Shown here: positions 35,201 through 42,164 of the stretch, in pieces | How the letters are laid out: every line of letters begins with the position of its first letter | Numbering within the stretch: the stretch's first letter is position 1 | IMG/VR virus record: IMGVR_UViG_3300011439_000029 | Span: 1-43,867 of that record | Length of the DNA: 43,867 nucleotides | DNA from: a virus | Lineage: Duplodnaviria > Caudoviricetes | Strand: one strand, 5' to 3' | Notes under the pieces: model-generated | The model's input: the letters and a program-made list of their open reading frames with translations, nothing else | The model's database searches: none | What the model was told of the DNA's origin: nothing | Translations under genes and position numbers: made by a program

Positions 35201-35647
35201 CTATCCCTTTCTTGGCCGCACTGCGGCCTCGACGTTTACGACGTGACCCAAGAAGAAAGTCCTGAGTATCGTAGTGGCGACAGACACCGCGTTCTGCGCG
35301 CTCGTGGCTTCTACGTCGAGACGCACGCCGCCGGTGACTGTGATCTCTCCGTGGACGTGTATCACGTCGAAGGTCACGATGTACTGACGCAGGCCATCTT
35401 TGACTGAGTAGTAGAGGTAGAGGTCTCTTACAGCCCTGTACAGCATATCGAGCCTAGACTCGACGTACACTGCCTGGTTCCTGGGCAGAACGCACAAGAC
35501 TCCAGCTGTGGCATACGGCCGGTCGGGCGTCGATGGAAGCGCTACGAGTCTCATGGTCTTGGTGTCCCAGAGTCCCTTATCGGCGAGCTCCGAGAACGCG
35601 CCAGTAGCGTCGGACACGACCTCTATCTTGTGCTCCGTGGCGGTCAC
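35201..35647 (-). CDS. Hypothetical protein
   Basis: 148 aa; GTGA coupling. Confidence 0.6.
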   Translation of the reverse strand: MTATEHKIEVVSDATGAFSELADKGLWDTKTMRLVALPSTPDRPYATAGVLCVLPRNQAVYVESRLDMLYRAVRDLYLYYSVKDGLRQYIVTFDVIHVHGEITVTGGVRLDVEATSAQNAVSVATTILRTFFLGHVVNVEAAVRPRKG

Positions 35648-35901
35648 GACAGCATCACTGCTCTCTTGGCCTCGAGGCGGTAGCCCGCCCGCCTCAGAGC
35701 GACGCGACCCTTCCTCGTCGGCACCATGCGACCAAAGGCGCCATCGCCCCTCTGGCCCTCAGGGAGTGGAACCATCTTGATGAAGTTCCTCTCCATGAGC
35801 CACGACAGCGAGCGCTTCTCATAGCGTCGCAGCCTCGAGTTCCATGCCGTCGGGTTCGCGAGCATTCGAAGGTACATGAGCTTCTCTCCGTCCATCATCA
35901 T
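35644..35901 (-). CDS. Hypothetical protein, winged-helix-like
   Basis: Start re-called at MMMDGEK (ATGA overlap); 'LSWLMERNFI...PTRKGRVAL'. Confidence 0.55.
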   Translation of the reverse strand: MMMDGEKLMYLRMLANPTAWNSRLRRYEKRSLSWLMERNFIKMVPLPEGQRGDGAFGRMVPTRKGRVALRRAGYRLEAKRAVMLS

Positions 35902-36248
35902 GGTACCCACACTCCCTTGACGTCCTCTCCGATGAACGGCCACAGCGGCTCGTACCCCGCCCGCCTGACCTCCCTGTCCAAGTCCTTTACGATGAACGAC
36001 CTGCTTGAGCTCCTCGCCCTCGCCACCTCCATGCCCTGGTAGCTCACGGCGAAGGCGGTGACACCAGCGCCAGCTGAGTACTCGCAGATGCAGTAGGCTA
36101 CTGGCTTGATACGCTCCAGCTTCAGCATTCGGCAGTCGTATCGCTCGGTGATCTGTCCCTCGATCACCTTATCTACGAATACCTTCGAGTCATCCAGATA
36201 TGGGATGGTGTAGAAGTCGTCCTTCCTGAACGTCGATCGAGCTCTCAC
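35898..36248 (-). CDS. Hypothetical protein
   Basis: 116 aa; GAGGA RBS; GTGA coupling. Confidence 0.6.
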   Translation of the reverse strand: MRARSTFRKDDFYTIPYLDDSKVFVDKVIEGQITERYDCRMLKLERIKPVAYCICEYSAGAGVTAFAVSYQGMEVARARSSSRSFIVKDLDREVRRAGYEPLWPFIGEDVKGVWVP

Positions 36249-36691
36249 GCGTTCTTCCTCGCGCTAGGATGGATCCATACTGTCGCAGTCTTCCACTGCG
36301 GATTGACCTCACCGCTCAACGCCCTGTCGACGCTGACCATGAACGCCCTACCAGACGTCCAGAATGTTCTGATACATGAGTCGACGATCTCGCCTTCTGG
36401 GTCAGCGGCAAATTCCGCTCTGACGTCCGTCTCGAAGTGGTGGCGGCACATAGTTACAGCGAGCTGCCAGTAGTCCGTATCGCCGTCTAGCGCGTCCTCC
36501 TTGTCGACGATGCACCACCTGCCGTCGTCCTCGCTCGGCACTCCTCGCTCATGGTCTTCTAGAGTGACGACGACTGGGGCACTTCGCGCTGGCTGCAACC
36601 TTCGAAGGACTAGCCAAGCCGCAGCAGCGCCCACCGCTCCTACGACTAGGCTCACTGCTGCTCCCACTGAGACCTCAACTAGGTTCACCAT
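36245..36691 (-). CDS. Membrane-anchored hypothetical protein
   Basis: N-terminal hydrophobic helix 'VSVGAAVSLVVGAVGAAAAWLVL'. Confidence 0.65.
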   Translation of the reverse strand: MVNLVEVSVGAAVSLVVGAVGAAAAWLVLRRLQPARSAPVVVTLEDHERGVPSEDDGRWCIVDKEDALDGDTDYWQLAVTMCRHHFETDVRAEFAADPEGEIVDSCIRTFWTSGRAFMVSVDRALSGEVNPQWKTATVWIHPSARKNA

Positions 36692-36698
36692 CGTGATG

Positions 36699-36890
36699 TC
36701 AGTGTAGGTCGCCTTCCCACGACGCCTCGAAGTCTGTACATCCGCAGTATCGGCACGCCTTCGCGACCATGACCATCGCCGCCTCAGCGACCTTAGACCA
36801 CTGGTCAGCTGCGAAGAAGTCTGTCTGGCCAGCCTTACGTCGGCACGACGAGCACCTTACTACCAGCTTCTTGAGGGTGGCGGCGACCAC
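36699..36890 (-). CDS. Small Zn-ribbon protein
   Basis: CSSC...CRYCGC. Confidence 0.6.
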   Translation of the reverse strand: MVAATLKKLVVRCSSCRRKAGQTDFFAADQWSKVAEAAMVMVAKACRYCGCTDFEASWEGDLH

Positions 36891-36893
36891 AGC

Positions 36894-37289
36894 TTAGGGC
36901 TCCTGCTCCATCTTCTTGATGATACGCAGTAGTGCCTTCTTAGTGGACAGCGCCACTAGGTCCCTGAACATCTGCTCAATCTCGTCAGGCGCCTCGTCGT
37001 CGCGCATGACGGCGACCATCGTCGAGCGTGAGTTGAAGTGGCGCGGAGGCTCAACGCTATCGAATCCCTTCAAGTGCCGAGACGCGAGATACAGCGTAGG
37101 CTTCGGGCCGCCTGGTTCGCTGTGAACCTTGACTAGACCCTCGCCAACGAGAGCCTTCACTGCTCGATCGACGGTGGAATACGCGGGCTGCCTGCGACCC
37201 CGCTTCAGGCGCTTCTGGACGCCCTTGATGCTCATCGGCTTCTCCCTGAGAGCCGAGAGCGCGACGGACTTGATGCTTACTCTGGTCAC
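36894..37289 (-). CDS. Winged-helix DNA-binding protein
   Basis: Start re-called at GTG 37287-37289 after AAGGA; 'PMSIKGVQKRL..AYSTVDRAVKALVGEGLV..PKPTLY'. Confidence 0.75.
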   Translation of the reverse strand: MTRVSIKSVALSALREKPMSIKGVQKRLKRGRRQPAYSTVDRAVKALVGEGLVKVHSEPGGPKPTLYLASRHLKGFDSVEPPRHFNSRSTMVAVMRDDEAPDEIEQMFRDLVALSTKKALLRIIKKMEQEP

Positions 37290-37307
37290 TGCTATTCCTT
37301 TCAGTAG

Positions 37308-37392
37308 GAGCGCGACGGCAGGACGCCTCACCGCGTACCCTGATGACGTGATGACGCGGTGAGGCGTACCCAGCGTACCAGCCGTCGCGCTC
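37308..37392 (-). promoter_or_regulatory. Long nested hairpin in 5' leader (12-bp outer and 14-bp inner perfect stems)
   Basis: GAGCGCGACGGC 37308-37319 pairs 37381-37392; ACGCCTCACCGCGT 37323-37336 pairs 37354-37367. Confidence 0.8.
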
Positions 37393-37398
37393 ATTACT

Positions 37399-37435
37399 AG
37401 TATATAACGAGACCGCCCGTTGTACACTAAAAAGT
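37399..37435 (-). promoter_or_regulatory. Putative sigma70-like promoter of accessory-gene operon
   Basis: ACTTTTTAGTGTAC - 17 nt - TATACT in an AT-rich intergenic gap. Confidence 0.65.
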
Positions 37436-37447
37436 TGGAAAAGTTCG

Positions 37448-39379
37448 CTACTTGCTGGCGCTCGCTTTCACCTTCTTCTTGTCCGCCTCCTTCGCCTCAC
37501 TCCAGGAGACGCTGCTGACGCCTACTGACCAGCGGATGGGGACGCGGAACTTCAGCTCCGTCTCGCACAGCACCTCGCGGAAGCGCGCTTGTATAGCAGG
37601 ATCCATGATGAACTCCCTGGGTCCCTCCCATCCTAGCTCGTCGTGAACGTTCAGGATGAGGTGAGTATCGTTGTCTCTCAGCCACTGGCAGTAGCGAGGA
37701 CTCAGCGCGAGCATCCTCTCCTTGATCACATCTCCAGCCCACGACTGTATGACGGAGTTGAACGCGATCTGAGAGCGGTTGGCTGGAACATGCCGCCTCC
37801 TGCCGAACTCGTTGTAGACGTAGCCTCTGGTCTCGGCTGTCTTGGCGGCCAGCCGAGAGTACTTCCTGATTCCAGGGAAGGTGTCATGGTACGTGTCATA
37901 GATCTCGTTGGCGCGACGGGCACACAGCTCGTGGTACCTGTTCGCCCTATCCGCGTGAGCAGTCATCCCCCTCTCGATCTCGTCCTGCACCTGGGCCTGC
38001 ACCTCCTTCATGACAGAAGGATCGCTCATCAGCTGGCCCGTCACGTTCCTTCTTCCAGCTCCGTAGCCGATGGAGAAGTTGACCGTCTTGGCGGGGTCCC
38101 TCTCCATGTGACACAGCTCTGACACCCACAGGTGGAAGTCCATGTCGGGATCGCGCTCGTAGGCGGCGATGGCGTCTTCGTCCTCTATGTAGTGAACGAT
38201 TCCCCTGAACTCGATCTGAGCCGCGTCGCCTACCAGGAGGGCGTACCCGTCCCTGGGCTGTATCATCTTCTTCGCGCGATCATTGAACTGTTGGCTGTTG
38301 GGATCAGAACACGAGGTGCGCGACGTACGTATGAGCTGGTTGTATCTCGGGTGTAGCACCCCTCCATCAGTCATCTTGTCAGGCCACGAGTCGCAGAACA
38401 GCGATTTGAATGTCGCCTGCTTGGAGTACTCGAGCATGAGAGACACGAGCTCAGACAGCTCGTAGCTGGTGACTACTTCGGGTAGGCCGCGGTACACCTT
38501 CAGCGCGTCCTTGTCGAAGCTGGCGTTGCCGGCCTCCGTGCGAGCGACGATAGGCAGTCCGTACTGAGTCACGAGCAGCTCGAACTTACCAGCAGGAGAG
38601 TTGACGTACTCCTGTCCGGTGATCTCCCTCATTCGATCCTGTATCTGCAGCATTGAGACCGCGCTGGTCCACGTCTCGAGCTTGAGGGCAGTGGTGTTCA
38701 CCTGCATTCCTCTCTGCTCCATGTCGTAGAACACTGGAGTGAGACGCGTTTCCATGCTCCACACCCTGTCAAGCTGCGCAGGCTTGTTGCGCACTAGGTA
38801 TCGCCACAGCTCCCTATTTCCAAGTACGTCTTCGCACGCGTACTCGCCGCATATGTCAGCAGGAACGTCGCCGAAGTCTTTAGTCTTCGCTCCTCTCAGC
38901 CACGCATCTAGCTTGTGCTGGCCCTCCATTGGCATGTCGCACCACTCTCGGCACAGAGGCTTCAGCTCGTGCGTGAAGCGGTCCGTGTCGAGCGTCTTGC
39001 AGAGCGTAAGGGTGTCTACCAGTTCGCACAGGAAGTCTACGCCGTCTGCCTTCGCGAAGTGGGCATCGAACTTGACGTTATGGTTGATCCACTTCCTGCG
39101 CGTAGGAGAGACTGCAGCTCTGAGCCACTTGATCACTGGCTCCAGTGGAACGTTGCTGATCGACCCTCTGTGCCGAATCGGCACGTAGTACGCGCTCGAA
39201 TGGTCGTCCCACGTGACTGCGATGCCCGCTATGCGGTGACCGCGGTACGCGTAGAACGCCTCCTGCTTCGGGTCGAATGACGTCGTCTCGAAGTCCGCGA
39301 ACAGCTCAATGCATGAGTCTAGATTAGGTAGCTCTGACTCGCTCTGCACCAGGAACTTGTTAGGTCCTAGGCGGATCAT
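37448..39379 (-). CDS. polA: DNA polymerase family A (3'-5' exonuclease plus polymerase)
   Basis: ExoI 'DFETT', ExoII 'HNVKFD', ExoIII 'YACEDV'; motif A 'DAAQIEFR', motif B 'RDPAKTVNFSIGYG', motif C 'NVHDEL'. Confidence 0.96.
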   Translation of the reverse strand: MIRLGPNKFLVQSESELPNLDSCIELFADFETTSFDPKQEAFYAYRGHRIAGIAVTWDDHSSAYYVPIRHRGSISNVPLEPVIKWLRAAVSPTRRKWINHNVKFDAHFAKADGVDFLCELVDTLTLCKTLDTDRFTHELKPLCREWCDMPMEGQHKLDAWLRGAKTKDFGDVPADICGEYACEDVLGNRELWRYLVRNKPAQLDRVWSMETRLTPVFYDMEQRGMQVNTTALKLETWTSAVSMLQIQDRMREITGQEYVNSPAGKFELLVTQYGLPIVARTEAGNASFDKDALKVYRGLPEVVTSYELSELVSLMLEYSKQATFKSLFCDSWPDKMTDGGVLHPRYNQLIRTSRTSCSDPNSQQFNDRAKKMIQPRDGYALLVGDAAQIEFRGIVHYIEDEDAIAAYERDPDMDFHLWVSELCHMERDPAKTVNFSIGYGAGRRNVTGQLMSDPSVMKEVQAQVQDEIERGMTAHADRANRYHELCARRANEIYDTYHDTFPGIRKYSRLAAKTAETRGYVYNEFGRRRHVPANRSQIAFNSVIQSWAGDVIKERMLALSPRYCQWLRDNDTHLILNVHDELGWEGPREFIMDPAIQARFREVLCETELKFRVPIRWSVGVSSVSWSEAKEADKKKVKASASK

Positions 39380-39590
39380 CGACAGGTTCTTCTACTTGTA
39401 CAGACCTGAGATCCTCGACACGCTCCATGTTTATGGTGCGCACCATGTAGTGGCCGATCTTCTTGTGAAGGATCGCGCCAGCTATCACTGCGGCCTTTAT
39501 GGGGTCGGTCGTTACGATGAGGACTGACACCTTGAATCGCACCGTTTCAGGCGGAGGAGTAAGTCCGTCGATGTCGACTCGATAGCTCAT
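39360..39590 (-). CDS. Hypothetical protein
   Basis: 76 aa; ATGA coupling. Confidence 0.55.
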   Translation of the reverse strand: MSYRVDIDGLTPPPETVRFKVSVLIVTTDPIKAAVIAGAILHKKIGHYMVRTINMERVEDLRSVQVEEPVDDPPRT

Positions 39591-39979
39591 GCCTCGTCTC
39601 CCTTCACGACCTCGATGCCAGCTAACCTCAGGATGTCTATGCCCCTGAGGTCATGCTCGAGAGGCCTGAGATACACTACGCGCTTGAACAACTTGCTACT
39701 CACGCACAGGTTGGCGCATGCAGTACAGGGTGACAGGGTGACCCACAGTTCACACTGGCCTTGAGGCGCCCCATCACGAAGCGCAGACAGAACGGCACGA
39801 ACCTCGGCGTGAAGGCATCCGCAGTTGCCTTTTATTCCGTTGCACCACGCGCTGCCGTTGATGCTGGCAGCGCGCATCTCATTGCCATGCGAGACTCTCG
39901 CAGCAGTTCCACGTCGGTGACACTCAGTCATAGACTCAGCGATACCGGCGTCGCTGATGAGTTGACTCAGAACATCCAT
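39587..39979 (-). CDS. dCMP deaminase (cytidine deaminase fold)
   Basis: Zn motifs 'LHAE' and 'TLSPCTAC'; 'RVVY', 'GIDILRLAGIEV'; start re-called after GGAGG. Confidence 0.88.
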   Translation of the reverse strand: MDVLSQLISDAGIAESMTECHRRGTAARVSHGNEMRAASINGSAWCNGIKGNCGCLHAEVRAVLSALRDGAPQGQCELWVTLSPCTACANLCVSSKLFKRVVYLRPLEHDLRGIDILRLAGIEVVKGDEA

Positions 39980-40509
39980 CGGTCCCTCCACGTCGACACC
40001 AGCTGGTCGACCATCGCGTCGTCAGGGAACTTCCCGTCAGTAACGTCGTGCTCGAAGTCGCAGTACTTCTCGCCGTGGTTCGCTGACTTCGACAGCATGC
40101 GGAAGATGTCATTGGCGTCGAGGATGATGTCGTGCGAGTACATCTCTTCGCGCGTCTTATTCAGGTGCTCTTTCAGCCACCACCGGTCGGCGTGCATGAT
40201 CAGTACGATGGCACCCTGCCACCGAAGGTATCGCTGCACCCACAGCATCTGCTTCGGAGTAGGGCAGCCGCCATTACCAAGCATTCGACCATACGAGATG
40301 GCGCCGAGGTGGAAGCGGTCCCACACATGCGGACCAACTCGCTCGACGTAGCCGTTGAAGTGGTCGAACTCCTTCGGCGGCCTGCTGAGGTGTCGATACA
40401 CCCTGTCGTACATGCCATCGTTCGCGTACAGCTCGGTTGCCAGCCTCCTCGATAGCTTGTGCGCGAGCGTCGTCTTGCCTACCTGGTCTGAACCTTCGAT
40501 GATGATCAA
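39967..40509 (-). CDS. dNMP kinase (thymidylate-kinase-like P-loop)
   Basis: 'IIIEGSDQVGKTT' P-loop; 'WDRFHLG..YG'. Confidence 0.88.
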   Translation of the reverse strand: MIIIEGSDQVGKTTLAHKLSRRLATELYANDGMYDRVYRHLSRPPKEFDHFNGYVERVGPHVWDRFHLGAISYGRMLGNGGCPTPKQMLWVQRYLRWQGAIVLIMHADRWWLKEHLNKTREEMYSHDIILDANDIFRMLSKSANHGEKYCDFEHDVTDGKFPDDAMVDQLVSTWRDRWMF

Positions 40510-41435
40510 GTGAGCTTACTCCGGAGCTTGGGACAGTGGTTCATGATGAGGACAGGATCTACAGTCTCGCACAGGTTTACGACGTCGTCGTAACCGTGCT
40601 GCACCGCGCACAGGTGCGAGAGAGTCGTAATGATGTGACGATTGCCGTAATATAGGGGCTCAGACTTGCCGCGTCTAACGTTGACCTCGTTGATGACGAG
40701 ACGCTGGACGGCGTCCCACATGTCATCGACGTTCTGGAACGAGAAGTCGATGTCGAGAGCGTCGGCATGAGTTCTGAACTCAAGCGCAGTCGTCACCTTC
40801 GCGTAGTCTTTCTCGTAGGCATGCATTGATCCTACTTGGTGCTGATAGAACCCGCACTCGAGGTGAAGCGCACCCGCGATCATGCGCTGCATCGTCGTGA
40901 AGCACCACACATCATACGGCATTCCCAGCCACAGGTCGTTGGATCGCATGGTAGTGATGAGGTGCAGTTTGCCCTCGCGACGTATGAACTGCAGTGACAG
41001 CGTGCAAGGGACGTCTGGTGTGACTCCTTTAGCGGCATGTACGATGTCATGTGCTATGATTATCGGAACTACCGCCTGTCGAGAGCCGTCACGCGACAGC
41101 ATGAACAGTACGGAACCTAGGGCGTCTTGAATTCGCGGACCGTAGGCGCCAGGGGCGACACCATCGACCAGGTACTTCTTGTACGACGGCGCGTAGGCGC
41201 AGATCTGTTCGCCGCTTCCTCTGCCCGAGAGGTACCACACTAGCTCTCCAGCAGCGTACTGTGCCGACAGCGCGCGACCTGGGTTGTGAAGCCAGTTGTG
41301 ACTCACGTCGTCGAGTCGTGATCTCAGGCCCAGTACTTCCCTGGTCAGACCGACGCGAGACTCGACGCTCTCACCGTGACTCATCACCCGAGTGGCAGCG
41401 TCCTCCCACACTGTGTCAAAGTTCTTGAACCCCAC
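40506..41435 (-). CDS. Thymidylate-synthase-fold enzyme, probable dCMP hydroxymethylase/methylase
   Basis: Start re-called at GTG 41433-41435; 'ELVWYLSG', 'YGPR', 'SRQA', catalytic 'DVPCT', 'MRSNDLWLGMPYD' (Asp where ThyA has Asn), 'GSMHAY'. Confidence 0.85.
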   Translation of the reverse strand: MGFKNFDTVWEDAATRVMSHGESVESRVGLTREVLGLRSRLDDVSHNWLHNPGRALSAQYAAGELVWYLSGRGSGEQICAYAPSYKKYLVDGVAPGAYGPRIQDALGSVLFMLSRDGSRQAVVPIIIAHDIVHAAKGVTPDVPCTLSLQFIRREGKLHLITTMRSNDLWLGMPYDVWCFTTMQRMIAGALHLECGFYQHQVGSMHAYEKDYAKVTTALEFRTHADALDIDFSFQNVDDMWDAVQRLVINEVNVRRGKSEPLYYGNRHIITTLSHLCAVQHGYDDVVNLCETVDPVLIMNHCPKLRSKLT

Positions 41436-41436
41436 G

Positions 41437-41712
41437 TCAGTCCTTCTTGACGACGGCAAGTACTGCCTCGTCATGAGCCAGCAGCCAGCCGTTCTTGGCA
41501 TCGATGCCGATGACGCCAGTCGGGTTGACAATGACGATTGCTCCGATCTCGTAGTCTTCGCTGCACTTCGGTCCCTTGGCCTTGACTTGGCACATCGTCT
41601 TTGACTGCATGCGCTCTCTCACGCCTTCTGGCAGCGCGAGAGCGGTGGGAGTCTCGTCGACTCTCTTGATGACGAGCCACGGGCCGCGGGGAATCAGGTT
41701 CTCGGGTTGCAT
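41437..41712 (-). CDS. GroES/Cpn10-like co-chaperonin
   Basis: 'LIPRGPWLVIKR', mobile-loop-like 'ALALPE', 'QVKAKGP', 'IGAIVIV', 'LLAHDEAVLAVV'; AGGAG RBS. Confidence 0.8.
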   Translation of the reverse strand: MQPENLIPRGPWLVIKRVDETPTALALPEGVRERMQSKTMCQVKAKGPKCSEDYEIGAIVIVNPTGVIGIDAKNGWLLAHDEAVLAVVKKD

Positions 41713-42164
41713 CTTGCTACGATCTCCTTGAAGTTAGGAGGAGTGAACGCCGCACCCTTCTTGGGCTTGTGTTGACCGTCCACGTCCTTGCTCATGTTTG
41801 ACTCGTGCACCTCGTCGTGGATCTCGTCCATCGGCATGCCGAAAGTTACGGCAGTACCTAGCACTACGTACTGTAAGTCTCCCAGTGCGTCAGCGAGTTT
41901 CTCGTAGTCTCCATCTCGCATCGCTTCGCACATCTCCGACAGCTCCTCTGACATCAGCTGCATTCGCTGGATGCGCGCGTCGACCTTTCCGTCAACTGCG
42001 TTGCGAACGCACGACATCAGGTCTTGCGACACTTCACGCAGTCGGCGAGTGACGCCGCCCAGCATGATCTGGTCTCGGTGAGTGGCGCTGCGAGGAAGCA
42101 ACTCTTCGCCGATGCTGAACCCGTACTTCTCGTGAAACGCCCGTACGTCGTCTTGCTGTCTCAT
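41694..42164 (-). CDS. MazG-like all-alpha NTP pyrophosphohydrolase
   Basis: 'VRAFHEKYG', 'EELSEM.EA', 'LADALGDLQYV..G', 'EVHESNMSK', 'K..F.PP'. Confidence 0.9.
   Translation of the reverse strand: MRQQDDVRAFHEKYGFSIGEELLPRSATHRDQIMLGGVTRRLREVSQDLMSCVRNAVDGKVDARIQRMQLMSEELSEMCEAMRDGDYEKLADALGDLQYVVLGTAVTFGMPMDEIHDEVHESNMSKDVDGQHKPKKGAAFTPPNFKEIVARCNPRT

Noticed and set aside
37340-37356. CTGATGA in the hairpin loop resembling a hammerhead ribozyme core
   Set aside because: It is on the non-transcribed strand and no GAAA follows the putative stem II
40506-41435. Annotation as ordinary thymidylate synthase thyA
   Set aside because: Asp replaces the dUMP-specifying Asn, and the gene context fits base modification; symbol withheld
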